Source of the DNA: a bacterium
GTDB lineage: Bacteria; JADJOY01
NCBI GenBank assembly: GCA_046331705.1
Contig: JAXLQJ010000016.1
Coordinates: 62,001-126,000 of the forward strand
Reading direction: 5' to 3'
DNA: 64,000 bases
Shown: positions 31,288 to 40,590 of the stretch, piece after piece
How positions within the stretch are numbered: the first letter of the stretch is position 1
Layout: each line of letters starts with the position of its first letter
Program-made: the position numbers and the translations under genes
The notes under the pieces: model-generated
Database searches by the model: none
Told to the model about the DNA's origin: nothing
Seen by the model: only the letters and a program-made list of their open reading frames with translations

Positions 31288-32334
31288 ATGCGACGCGTGC
31301 AGACGGCGAATCCCTCTTGGCGGTGGACCCTCGTGGTGGCGGCCTTCGTGGCCGCGTGCGGAGGCGGTGGTGGCGGCGACGGCGCCGCGAGCGGCGGCCG
31401 CGGCGGCTTGCCCCCATTCACGGGAGTGTGGGTGATCGTGTTCGAGAACCACGGCGACGTTTACATGCTGAATCACGCCGACGCGAAGCACTTTCGCGAG
31501 CTGGCGTCGACGTACGCCGTGGCCGGCAACTACAGCGACATCACCCATCCGTCGTTGCCCAACTACATCGAGATGGCGTGCGGGTGCAACGACAAGCACA
31601 GCTCGTTCACGGTCCGCGACGAGCCCGCGTCGAACCTGATCACGTCCAATCCCAACCGGCTCTTTCGCGAGCCGAGCCTGGGCGGGCAGCTCGAGGCTGC
31701 CGGAGTCGAATGGCGCGCATACGGCCAGGACTCCACCCCCGGCAGCAAGCTCGGGCCCTGCACGATGAACAACTCGGGCCTCTACGTCTCGCGGCACGTG
31801 CCGTTCCTCTATTTCCAGGACGTCTTCGGCACGCAGACCGATCCCTACGGCGAGCGCGACGAGTTCGGTCACCCGCTGGACCCGGACGCGCTGCCGGTGT
31901 GCGTGAACCGCATCCATCCGTTCGGCGATTTCCTCGGCACGCCCAACGAGCCGTATCCCTCCGGCGACTTCTACTGGGACCTCGGCAATCGGGCGATGGA
32001 CTACTACTGGATCACGCCGGACCAGCGCTACAACATGCACGACGGCTCGGTGGCGGAAGGTGACCTCTTCCTCGAGAAAGTCGTGGGGCAGATCCAGCAG
32101 AGCCCGCAGTACCGCAACGGCGGCGTCATCTTCATCACCTTCGACGAGGGCGATCTCGATCTCCTCGATCAGATCCTGTTCATCGCCGTGTCGCCCTACG
32201 CCAAGCGTGGCTACGTGTCGTCGACGGCGTTCGATCACGACAACTTCCTCGCCACCGTCGAGGACATCTACGGCTTGCCGCGGCTGGGCCGGGCGCAGGG
32301 AGTGCCCAACATGGCCGAGCTCTTCCAGCCCTGA
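31288..32334 (+). CDS. Phosphoesterase-family (acid phosphatase/PLC-like) lipoprotein
   Basis: Lipobox VAAC followed by a poly-Gly linker; VIVFENH, HPSLPNY, RHVPF, NMHDG, ITFDEG. Confidence 0.88.
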   Translation: MRRVQTANPSWRWTLVVAAFVAACGGGGGGDGAASGGRGGLPPFTGVWVIVFENHGDVYMLNHADAKHFRELASTYAVAGNYSDITHPSLPNYIEMACGCNDKHSSFTVRDEPASNLITSNPNRLFREPSLGGQLEAAGVEWRAYGQDSTPGSKLGPCTMNNSGLYVSRHVPFLYFQDVFGTQTDPYGERDEFGHPLDPDALPVCVNRIHPFGDFLGTPNEPYPSGDFYWDLGNRAMDYYWITPDQRYNMHDGSVAEGDLFLEKVVGQIQQSPQYRNGGVIFITFDEGDLDLLDQILFIAVSPYAKRGYVSSTAFDHDNFLATVEDIYGLPRLGRAQGVPNMAELFQP

Positions 32335-32347
32335 GGGCGCCGTCCGC

Positions 32348-33658
32348 TCACGCGGCGGCCTGGGTGTCGACGGCATCGGCGACGACCGCGCGCGAGTCGA
32401 AGCCGCGCCCGGTCGAGTAGCGAAAGACCTGGGCGCCGGGGAAGCGCCAGGATCCGTCGGTTGCGCGCAGCCGCACCCAGCCCCCGCTGTTGTGCAGCTC
32501 GATCCCGGAGCGCGGCTCGCGCCACGCGCGGCTCTCGTTCCAGCCGTGGGGCTGATGGGTGTGGCCGAACACCAGGTGCCGCGGGAACGGCACGTGGATC
32601 TGGTGGTCCTCCAGCAGGCGGTCGAGCTCGTCGAGGGACGCGTCCAGGAATTGCAGGAAGCGCGCGCGGGTGCCGGCGTGATCACCGAGATCGTCGGCGT
32701 ACGAGCCGGCCTGGTAGTCGCGCAACGAGCGGATCACCCGCGTGCTGAGCGCCGAGCTGGCCGCCTTCGCGAGCGCGTCCAGGTACCACGGGGAGCCGGT
32801 GGTGAACGCGGGCAAGAGCTGGGTGAGCAGCGACTCGACGCGACGGAACTCCTGGCGCTCGACGTCCCGTTGCAGGTGATTCACCACCTGGCTCAGCGGG
32901 CCGGACTGGCCGAGTCCCGAGCTGGTGAGCTGGGTGAGCGGGAAGTTGATCGCCACCAGCTCGCGCATCGAGAGCGTCGCGCGCTGCCGCGAGCGCGGAT
33001 CGAGGCCCAGGTCCTCGCGCACGATGCGCATCGCCAGATTCGAGAGCAGCGACCAGTAGCTCTCGAGGTAATGCCCGTGGGTCACCAGCACCGTCTCGCC
33101 GCTCGCGGTGACGATGTAGAGGTTCGGATAGGCGAACGCGAACGGCAGGCGGTGCGAGTCGTCCGACGCGCCGTCGCGGGTGAGACCGTCGAGGAAGAGG
33201 TCGCCGTACTCGCCGGCGACGTCGGCGCGCGGGTGGACGTCGGGCAGGCTCAGGCCGCGGTGCTGGGCGTCGGATCGATCGTCGATCACGCCCGGGACCG
33301 ACCAGCGAAACGGCCGCGGATCCAGCCCGCGCCGCATGCGATTGATGACGTTCACCTCGTGCTCGACGGTGTGCCAGATCTCGAAGTCGTGGTTGCCGGC
33401 GATGAACACGATCTGCTTCGCCAGCCCGTCCTCGCGCACCCGCCGGAAGAAGACCCGCGCGGCCTTGTACGCCTCGACGTAGCTCGAGAGCATGATCTCG
33501 AGGACGTCGCCGGCGAGGACCAGGTAGTCGAGGTCCGTGCCGACCGCTTCGGCGAAGCGGTCGTAGAGCGGCCCGAGCGCGTAGCCGTCGGCGCTGGGCA
33601 CCACCAGCGCGCACTGGGGATCGCCGAGATGGAGGTCGGAGACGATCGCGAGCTTCAT
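32348..33658 (-). CDS. Cytoplasmic calcineurin-like metallophosphoesterase
   Basis: SDLHLG, GD, GNHD, THGH, FGHTH, NSGGW. Confidence 0.88.
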   Translation of the reverse strand: MKLAIVSDLHLGDPQCALVVPSADGYALGPLYDRFAEAVGTDLDYLVLAGDVLEIMLSSYVEAYKAARVFFRRVREDGLAKQIVFIAGNHDFEIWHTVEHEVNVINRMRRGLDPRPFRWSVPGVIDDRSDAQHRGLSLPDVHPRADVAGEYGDLFLDGLTRDGASDDSHRLPFAFAYPNLYIVTASGETVLVTHGHYLESYWSLLSNLAMRIVREDLGLDPRSRQRATLSMRELVAINFPLTQLTSSGLGQSGPLSQVVNHLQRDVERQEFRRVESLLTQLLPAFTTGSPWYLDALAKAASSALSTRVIRSLRDYQAGSYADDLGDHAGTRARFLQFLDASLDELDRLLEDHQIHVPFPRHLVFGHTHQPHGWNESRAWREPRSGIELHNSGGWVRLRATDGSWRFPGAQVFRYSTGRGFDSRAVVADAVDTQAAA

Positions 33659-33741
33659 GCCGGCTGAGCTTGCGCAGTCCCGGTGACGGGCGCGTCGGCG
33701 CCACGTGACGATCGCGTGGCGGTGGCCGCGCCGGCCGACCT

Positions 33742-33999
33742 TCAGGCGTGCTCGATGGCGCCGCGGTCGAGCAACCGCCTCACCGCGGCGAGCGTTTCCT
33801 CCTCGTCGAAGCGCGACTCGTCGACCAGCGCGCCGAGCGGCGTGCCCTCGGCGCAGCGGCGCAGCACTTCCTCCTCGACGGGGCCGAGCGGTGCCGTCGC
33901 GGCGTCGCCGCGCCGCGGCGGGCGGTACACGCGGCGTGCGCCCCCCAGCAGGTGGAAGAGGCCGACGATCCGAGTGAAGCGTTGCATGCCGTCGATCAT
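33742..33999 (-). CDS. Small hypothetical protein, winged-helix-like C-terminus
   Basis: GAGAGG RBS; LGPVEEEVL...GTPLGALV.....EEETLAAVRRLLDRGAI. Confidence 0.5.
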   Translation of the reverse strand: MIDGMQRFTRIVGLFHLLGGARRVYRPPRRGDAATAPLGPVEEEVLRRCAEGTPLGALVDESRFDEEETLAAVRRLLDRGAIEHA

Positions 34000-34341
34000 G
34001 GATGCCTCTCGATGCGCACGTCCTCGCGAGTCGCGCGTGAGGTTGCTCAGCTCACGATGCCGGACGCCTTTGGACGGCACGTGACGCCCGCGTAGCAAGT
34101 TGCCGCGCGCGCGCTGCGACGCGCGTCGATCCGGTGGCCGGCGTGGGATCGCCTCGAAACGAGGCGCACTCGTTTCAGGCCCGACGCTCGCGCGCCGTGT
34201 GAAGTTCACCGCGCCGCGCGATCGTTCACGGCGACCCGGCGTGCGGCGCTCGGAGGTCCGTGGCTGGCGCGCCGCGAGCCCCTCGGCACGCGTTCCGACC
34301 CGCCCGAGACCTCACGACGGTGCCGCGGCACGGCCATCGCG

Positions 34342-34359
34342 CTGTAACAGTCCCGTCAC
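34342..34359 (+). promoter_or_regulatory. Pho box upstream of pstS
   Basis: CTGTAAC-AGTC-CCGTCAC, matching the E. coli PhoB CTGTCAT-N4-CTGTCAC architecture. Confidence 0.75.
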
Positions 34360-34418
34360 ACGCGCACCGTTAACTCCGACCCACACGAACGAGAGAAGCA
34401 ACCACAAAGGGGGATGCG

Positions 34419-35450
34419 ATGAAGAAGGGCAAGATCACGTTGGCCGCGCTGGCGCTCGCCGCTGGTGTGGCGTCGTCGGCGGGCGCAGCGCTGCTCATCA
34501 CCGGCGCGGGAGCGACGTTCCCGTACCCGATCTATTCGAAGTGGTTCAGCGAGTACAACAAGCTCAAGCCGGAGCTCCAGTTCAACTACCAGTCGATCGG
34601 CTCGGGCGGCGGCATCCAGCAGATCACCAACAAGACCGTCGACTTCGGCGCCTCGGACGCGCCCATGAGCGACGCCGAGCTCGACAAGGCGCCGGCGGCG
34701 TTGCAGCACATCCCGACGGTCCTCGGCTCGGTGGTGGTGACCTACAACGGGCCCATGACCTCGCTCAAGCTCTCGCCCGAGGCGCTCGCCGGGATCTTCC
34801 TCGGCAAGGTCGCGAAGTGGAACGATCCCGCGATCGCCGCGGACAACGCGGGCGTGGCGCTGCCCGACGCGCCGATCGCCGTGGTGCGACGCTCGGATGG
34901 TTCCGGTACCACCGCCGTGTTCACCGACTACCTCGCCAAGGTCTCGGACGAGTGGAAGGCGAAGGTGGGTGCCGGCAAGAGCGTGAGCTGGCCGGTCGGC
35001 CTGGGCGCCAAGGGCAACGAGGGCGTGACCGGTCTCGTGAAGCAGACGCCAGGCGCCATCGGCTACGTGGAGCTCGCGTACGCGAACCAGAACAAGCTGC
35101 CCAAGGTGGCGATCAAGAACGCCTCGGGGAAGTTCATCGAGCCCAGCATCGAGGCGACCTCGGCGGCGGCCGCGGGTGTGGACATGCCGGCGGACTATCG
35201 CGTATCGATCACCAACTCGGCGGCGGCGGATGCGTATCCGATCGCGTCGTTCACGTACCTGCTGGTGTACAAGAACCAGGAGAACGCCGAGAAGGGCACG
35301 GCGCTGGTGAACTTCCTGTGGTGGGCGATCCACGATGGCCAGAAGATGGCCGCCGCGCTCGACTACGCGCCGCTGCCGGCGGCGGTGGTGAGCAAGGTCG
35401 AGGCGACGCTCAAGACGCTGAACGTCAACGGCAAGCCCGTGGCGCTCTGA
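34419..35450 (+). CDS. pstS: Phosphate ABC transporter substrate-binding protein
   Basis: GAGATFPYP, NYQSIGSGGG, DFGASD, RSDGSGTT, GKGNEGV-like motif. Confidence 0.98.
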   Translation: MKKGKITLAALALAAGVASSAGAALLITGAGATFPYPIYSKWFSEYNKLKPELQFNYQSIGSGGGIQQITNKTVDFGASDAPMSDAELDKAPAALQHIPTVLGSVVVTYNGPMTSLKLSPEALAGIFLGKVAKWNDPAIAADNAGVALPDAPIAVVRRSDGSGTTAVFTDYLAKVSDEWKAKVGAGKSVSWPVGLGAKGNEGVTGLVKQTPGAIGYVELAYANQNKLPKVAIKNASGKFIEPSIEATSAAAAGVDMPADYRVSITNSAAADAYPIASFTYLLVYKNQENAEKGTALVNFLWWAIHDGQKMAAALDYAPLPAAVVSKVEATLKTLNVNGKPVAL

Positions 35451-35460
35451 GCTCTCACGC

Positions 35461-36462
35461 GTGACGACGATGTCGAGCACGCTCCCGGCCGGTCCGATGG
35501 CGGCGTCGCAGTCGCCGCCGTCGGGCCGGTCGTCGTCCGTTTCGCACAACCTCGGCGACCGCGCCTGGGGCACGATCATCGGTGCCTTCGGCGGCACCGT
35601 GCTGCTGGTGGGCGGCGTGATCCTCTGGTCGCTCGCCGATCTGGCGTTGCCCGCGGCGGGCTCGCTCGGCATCGGCCGGTTCCTGGTCGGCTCGGAATGG
35701 GACCCGATCGCCGAGCGTTTCGGCGCGCTGCCCTTCATCTACGGGACCGTCGTCACGAGCCTCCTGGCGATCGCGCTGGCGATGCCGATCGGGGTGGCGC
35801 TGGCGCTGTTCATCTCGGACATGGCGCCGCCGCGGCTCCGGGCGTGGATCTCGTTTCCCGTCGAGACCCTCGCGAGCATCCCGAGCGTGGTGTTCGGGCT
35901 GTGGGGCCTCTTCGTTCTCGTGCCGGTGCTGCGCGGCCACGTCCAGCCGTTTCTGGCCAAGACGCTCGGCTTCCTGCCGCTCTTCCAGGGGCCGCCGATC
36001 GGCCTCGGGCTCATGGCGGGAGGCGTGATCCTCGGGATCATGATCCTGCCGACCATCGCGTCGGTCACCCTGGAGGTGCTCAAGACCGTGCCGCTGGCGC
36101 TGCGCGAAGGCGCCTTGGCGCTGGGCGCCACGCGCTGGGAAGTGATCCGCATGGTGGTGCTGCCGTATAGCCGCGCCGGCATCCTGGGCGCCGGCCTGCT
36201 GGGATTGGGGCGTGCGCTCGGCGAGACGATGGCGGTCACGATGGTGATCGGGAACTCGCCGGAGATCCGGGCGTCGCTCTTTTCCGCCGGCTATTCGTTG
36301 CCGGCGGTCATCGCCAACGAGTTCGCCGAGGCGACCGGCGCCATCCACATGGGCGCCCTCGCCGGGCTCGGCCTGGTGCTCTTCGGCACCACGCTGGTGC
36401 TCAACTCGCTGGCGCGACTCTTGATGCGAGCCGTGGGTGGGGCGACGCGCGTGGCGGTATGA
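35461..36462 (+). CDS. pstC: Phosphate ABC transporter permease PstC
   Basis: FGALPFIYGT, LASIPSVVFGLWG, REGALALGATRWE, GRALGETMAV. Confidence 0.97.
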   Translation: MTTMSSTLPAGPMAASQSPPSGRSSSVSHNLGDRAWGTIIGAFGGTVLLVGGVILWSLADLALPAAGSLGIGRFLVGSEWDPIAERFGALPFIYGTVVTSLLAIALAMPIGVALALFISDMAPPRLRAWISFPVETLASIPSVVFGLWGLFVLVPVLRGHVQPFLAKTLGFLPLFQGPPIGLGLMAGGVILGIMILPTIASVTLEVLKTVPLALREGALALGATRWEVIRMVVLPYSRAGILGAGLLGLGRALGETMAVTMVIGNSPEIRASLFSAGYSLPAVIANEFAEATGAIHMGALAGLGLVLFGTTLVLNSLARLLMRAVGGATRVAV

Positions 36463-36505
36463 GTCACGCACGGCGCGCTCGCCGCGGCCGCGACGGTTGA
36501 ATGCG

Positions 36506-37348
36506 ATGCGATCGCTTCGGGCTCGAAAGCTCCTCAACGCGTTGGTGACGCTCACCTGCGGCGCGTGCGTCTTCGCCGCGCTGGTGCCGCTTCTGTCCAC
36601 GCTGTGGCTGGTGGTCTCGAACGGGCTGAGCGGCCTCTCCCTGCATTTCTTCACGCACCTGCCCGCACCGGTCGGCGAGGAGGGCGGCGGCGTGGGTAAC
36701 GCCATCCTGGGCACGCTCTTGATCGTGGGGATCGCGTGCCTGCTCGGCCTGCCCATGGGCATCGGCGCCGGCGTCTTCCTGGCCGAGCGCGGCGACGGGC
36801 GCTTCGGGCGGCTGGTTCGCTTCACCGCGGAGGTGCTCGCGGGCGTGCCGTCGATCGTGGTCGGCATCGTCGCCTACGACCTGGTGGTGAAGCCGATGGG
36901 GCATTTCTCGGCGCTGGCGGGCGGCGTGGGGCTCTCGCTGCTGATGGTGCCGACGCTCGCGCGCGGCACCGAGGAGCTGGTGCGGCTGGTGCCGAACACG
37001 CTGCGCGAGGCGGCGCTGGCGCTCGGCGTTCCGCAATGGCGCACCAGCCTCTCGGTGATCCTGCGGACCGCGCTGGGGGGCATCCTCACCGCCGTGCTGC
37101 TCGCGGTGGGTCGCGCGGCGGGCGAGACGGCGCCGCTGCTCTTCACGGCGCTCAACAACGCCTACTGGAACGTCCGCCCCGATCTGCCCACGGCGACGCT
37201 CACCGTGCAGATGTTCAACTACGCGATCAGCCCCTACGAGGACTGGCACCGCAAGGCGTGGGCGACGGCGCTGGTGCTGCTGCTCTTGATCGGCGCGCTC
37301 AACCTGCTGGCGCGCTTCCTGACGCGCAAGACCTTCCGCGCCCGCTGA
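36506..37348 (+). CDS. pstA: Phosphate ABC transporter permease PstA
   Basis: GGGVGNAILGT, GVPSIVVG, REAALALG, RAAGETAPLLFT. Confidence 0.97.
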   Translation: MRSLRARKLLNALVTLTCGACVFAALVPLLSTLWLVVSNGLSGLSLHFFTHLPAPVGEEGGGVGNAILGTLLIVGIACLLGLPMGIGAGVFLAERGDGRFGRLVRFTAEVLAGVPSIVVGIVAYDLVVKPMGHFSALAGGVGLSLLMVPTLARGTEELVRLVPNTLREAALALGVPQWRTSLSVILRTALGGILTAVLLAVGRAAGETAPLLFTALNNAYWNVRPDLPTATLTVQMFNYAISPYEDWHRKAWATALVLLLLIGALNLLARFLTRKTFRAR

Positions 37349-37363
37349 GCGGCGCGGCGGCTC

Positions 37364-37383
37364 CGGCCCGACGAGCCGGGCCG
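37364..37383. terminator. Hairpin between convergent pstA and phoU
   Basis: CGGCCCG-ACGAGC-CGGGCCG. Confidence 0.35.
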
Positions 37384-37406
37384 AGGGGGGCGGGGCCGAG
37401 CCGGGC

Positions 37407-38102
37407 TCAGCCTTCGTGGTCCAGCTTGCCCAGGTGGCGGATGTCCTTGCCCTTCACCATGAACACCACCTGCTCGGCCAGGTTGGTTGCGTGGTCGCCC
37501 ATCCGCTCGAGGTACTTCGCCACCGATTGAAGGTGGATGCCGCGCGGCACCGCGCTCGCGTCCGCCACCATCATCCGCAACAGCTCGCGGAAGAACTGGT
37601 GGTAGAGCGCGTCGACCTCGTGGTCGCGCTCGATGACCTCGCTCGCCTTGGCCGCGTCGCCGGCGACGAACGCGTCGATCGCCTCGCGAACCATCGATCG
37701 CACCAGCTGGGCCATGCGCTCGACGTCGATGTTGGCGCGCAGCTCGGTCTCGGCGTTGAGATCGATGGCGCGCTCGCAGATGTTGACCGTGAGGTCGCCG
37801 ATCCGCTCGAGGTCCGTGACCATCTTGAACGCCAGCGTGATGAAGCGCAGATCCGGGCCGAGCGGCTGGCGGCGCGCGAGCACCCGCAGGCAGAGATCGT
37901 CGGTCTCGACCTCGGCGCGGTTGACCTTGTGATCGGCCTCGATGGTGCGGCGGGCCAGCTCGGAGTCGCGCTCCACGAGCGCTTGGACCGCGTTCGCGAT
38001 CATCTCCTCCACGCGCCCCGCCATGCGCAACAGCCGATGGCGGACCTCCTGGAGCTCAGCCTCGTACTCGCGGTCGGTGTGTCCCTTACCCAACAGGCTC
38101 AT
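37407..38102 (-). CDS. phoU: Phosphate signalling complex protein PhoU
   Basis: HT...YE.EL, RQP...DLR, DLERIGD, YLERMGDHATNLAE.V.F.V.G.D.RH. Confidence 0.97.
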   Translation of the reverse strand: MSLLGKGHTDREYEAELQEVRHRLLRMAGRVEEMIANAVQALVERDSELARRTIEADHKVNRAEVETDDLCLRVLARRQPLGPDLRFITLAFKMVTDLERIGDLTVNICERAIDLNAETELRANIDVERMAQLVRSMVREAIDAFVAGDAAKASEVIERDHEVDALYHQFFRELLRMMVADASAVPRGIHLQSVAKYLERMGDHATNLAEQVVFMVKGKDIRHLGKLDHEG

Positions 38103-38122
38103 CGTCTCTGTCACTCCCGCGT

Positions 38123-38965
38123 TCAGCCGAACTTGCCGGTGATGTAGTCCTCGGTCCGCTGATCGCGCGGGGCCGTGAACACCTGGTCGGTCTCGCCGTA
38201 TTCCACCAGATCGCCCGACAGGAAGAACGCGGTGCGATCGGAGACACGGGTGGCCTGCTGCATGTTGTGGGTCACGATCACGATCGTGTAGCGGTGGCGC
38301 AGCTCGTGGATCAGATCCTCGATCCGCGCCGTGGCGATGGGATCGAGGGCCGAGCACGGCTCGTCCATGAGCACGACCTCGGGATCGACGGCGAGCGCGC
38401 GCGCGATGCACAGGCGCTGCTGCTGGCCGCCCGAGAGCCCGATGCCCGGGTTGTCGAGGATGTCCTTGACCTCGTCCCAGAGCGCCGCGTGCTTGAGCGA
38501 GCGCTCCAGGATCTCGCTGGCGCGCGCCGCGTCGAGGCGGTTGGTGAGCTTCAGCCCCGCCAGCACGTTGTCGCGGATGGACATGGTGGGAAACGGGTTT
38601 GGCTTCTGGAACACCATGCCCACGCGGCGCCGGAGCTCGACCGGGTCCATGCCGCGATCGTAGATGTTGCAGCCGTCGAGCTCCACCGTGCCCGCGAACC
38701 GCGCGCCCGGCACCATCTCGTGCATGCGGTTGAGGCAGCGGATGAAGGTCGACTTGCCGCAGCCCGAGGGGCCGATGATGGCGGTCACGCGCATGGCCGG
38801 GATGGCCATGTCGATCCCGCGCAGCACCTGGCGCTCGCCGAACCAGGCCGCGACCTCGCGCGCGACGATCTTCGCGGGGGCCGCGACCGCGCTCACCGCG
38901 CCCGGAGGCGGGGCTGGGATGGGGCGGCGCGCAAGGACGCTCGAGGTGCCGTCGTCGAGGCTCAT
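38123..38965 (-). CDS. pstB: Phosphate ABC transporter ATP-binding protein
   Basis: [53 protein letters not shown]. Confidence 0.98.
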   Translation of the reverse strand: MSLDDGTSSVLARRPIPAPPPGAVSAVAAPAKIVAREVAAWFGERQVLRGIDMAIPAMRVTAIIGPSGCGKSTFIRCLNRMHEMVPGARFAGTVELDGCNIYDRGMDPVELRRRVGMVFQKPNPFPTMSIRDNVLAGLKLTNRLDAARASEILERSLKHAALWDEVKDILDNPGIGLSGGQQQRLCIARALAVDPEVVLMDEPCSALDPIATARIEDLIHELRHRYTIVIVTHNMQQATRVSDRTAFFLSGDLVEYGETDQVFTAPRDQRTEDYITGKFG

Positions 38966-39026
38966 GGTCTTACCGTAGCGGATTTCGAGGTCGCGTTGGC
39001 GCCGGCGTGGCCTTGCGCAAAGGCGT

Positions 39027-39054
39027 GGGCGCCCAGCCGAAGGGCTGGGCGCCC
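39027..39054 (-). terminator. Perfect 12-bp hairpin between the porin gene and pstB (terminator or mRNA-stabilising element)
   Basis: GGGCGCCCAGCC-GAAG-GGCTGGGCGCCC. Confidence 0.55.
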
Positions 39055-39083
39055 GGCGCGCGAGAACACGCGCGCGGCTTGCA

Positions 39084-40430
39084 TCAGAACGTGTACGCCG
39101 CGTCCACCTGCAGGCGATAGAGCGTGTCGTTGGGCTTTCCCGCAGGCGCGTCGATCAGCTTGATGAAGTGGTTCTTGGCGGTGACCACGAGCCGCGGCAG
39201 CGGCATCCAGTCGATCTTCACGAACGGTCCTTCCTCGTTGGTGCCGCCCTTGCCGAAGTCGCTGTAGCTGAAGGCGGAGACCACGGCGTCGGTCTCGGTG
39301 TGGGCGTACGCGACCGAGAACGCGAAGTCGCCCGGGTTCTTGGTCTGGCCGATTCCCGCGCCGACCCAGTAGCCGGTGTCGTCGCCGTCCTTGGCCTCGG
39401 TGTTGAGCGCGAGGTCACCGGAGATCGTGACCGGCCACGCGGGCAGGCCGGTGTCCACCACCGCCTGAAGCGACGGATTGACGATGTTGAAGCCGCCGGT
39501 GAAACGGGTGATCGGGTTCTCGGCCTTGGGCTTCACCTGCGTGCCGCCGGCGGTGGTGCCGTCCTTCAGCACGACGTTGTTGGAGATGAAGAGCGCCGAG
39601 TTGGTGTTGGCCTCGGTGGCGATGCGATTGGCCTGCGAGACGTAGTGGTTGGCGAAGGCCGCCGTGAGGGTGACCCGCGAGCCGAGCGCCAGCTCGCTCG
39701 AGAGCTGACCGCCGAAGATCCAGGCGTCCGCGCCGCTCGAGATCTCCTTCACGCTCCACTCGTTGCCGAGCAGGTTGAGCTTGCGCAGGAAACCGGTCTT
39801 CGAGTCGACGAGCGCCAGTGATTCCGAGAAACCCTCCGGGCTCAGGTCGTCGTCGAAGACCAGCTCGGAGCCCATCACCGCCTTGGGGCGGAACACCGGG
39901 TTGGGGATCTTGCCGGCCGTCACCGTGAGGTAGGGACGGCTCCAGCCGAACGTGGTGCTGGGCTTGATGGTCAGGAACGCCTGATCGAGCGTGATCGGCT
40001 TGCGCGTGAAGAGATCGGTGAGCGACTGATTGGTCGAGATCGGATCGGCGGGATCGCCGGTCGCGAGGCGCACCGTGCCGTCGATCTCGTCGCTCGCCTT
40101 GGCGTTGACGCCGATGCGAGCGCGCACCCGGAAGCGGTCGCGTGCCGTCACGTCGTTCTGGAAGAACCCCTCGCCGCGCACCCGCATGTCGCCGAACAGG
40201 CTGAAGCGATCGAGCCATTCCGGCCAGGCCTTGCCGGCGCCGGTCTTCGCCTTGGCCTTGTCGTCCTCCTCGATCTGACCGAGCAGCGCCTGGTATTGCT
40301 CCTCGCTGATCTCCCCCTTGGCGCGCAGGATCGTGATCAGCTCGCGGGTCGTGTCGGCGGCCCGGGCACTCGCCGCGAGCCCCAGCGTCACGGCACACAA
40401 GAGCACGCAGCTTCCGATGAATCGTCGCAT
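39084..40430 (-). CDS. Putative outer-membrane porin, likely for phosphate/polyanion uptake
   Basis: Signal peptide; L..KG.I...Y helical N-domain; [39 protein letters not shown]-terminal YTF. Lies in the pho operon. Confidence 0.82.
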   Translation of the reverse strand: MRRFIGSCVLLCAVTLGLAASARAADTTRELITILRAKGEISEEQYQALLGQIEEDDKAKAKTGAGKAWPEWLDRFSLFGDMRVRGEGFFQNDVTARDRFRVRARIGVNAKASDEIDGTVRLATGDPADPISTNQSLTDLFTRKPITLDQAFLTIKPSTTFGWSRPYLTVTAGKIPNPVFRPKAVMGSELVFDDDLSPEGFSESLALVDSKTGFLRKLNLLGNEWSVKEISSGADAWIFGGQLSSELALGSRVTLTAAFANHYVSQANRIATEANTNSALFISNNVVLKDGTTAGGTQVKPKAENPITRFTGGFNIVNPSLQAVVDTGLPAWPVTISGDLALNTEAKDGDDTGYWVGAGIGQTKNPGDFAFSVAYAHTETDAVVSAFSYSDFGKGGTNEEGPFVKIDWMPLPRLVVTAKNHFIKLIDAPAGKPNDTLYRLQVDAAYTF

Positions 40431-40500
40431 TCTGGTTCTCCCCCATGGCGCCGGTTGGCCCGGCGCTGTCTCACGACTTCGATTGGCTTGAATGGGGGGA

Positions 40501-40534
40501 AGCGTAGAAAGGAACTGTGACGCCTTTGTGACGG
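40501..40534 (-). promoter_or_regulatory. Pho box and -10 element for porin-pstB-phoU
   Basis: Minus strand reads CCGTCAC-AAAG-GCGTCAC, then 10 nt, then TACGCT. Confidence 0.78.
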
Positions 40535-40590
40535 CGCCGAAAATCCTGTCGCTCGAGGTACGCCGCGCGTGGCGGCGCACGCAGGACGAA

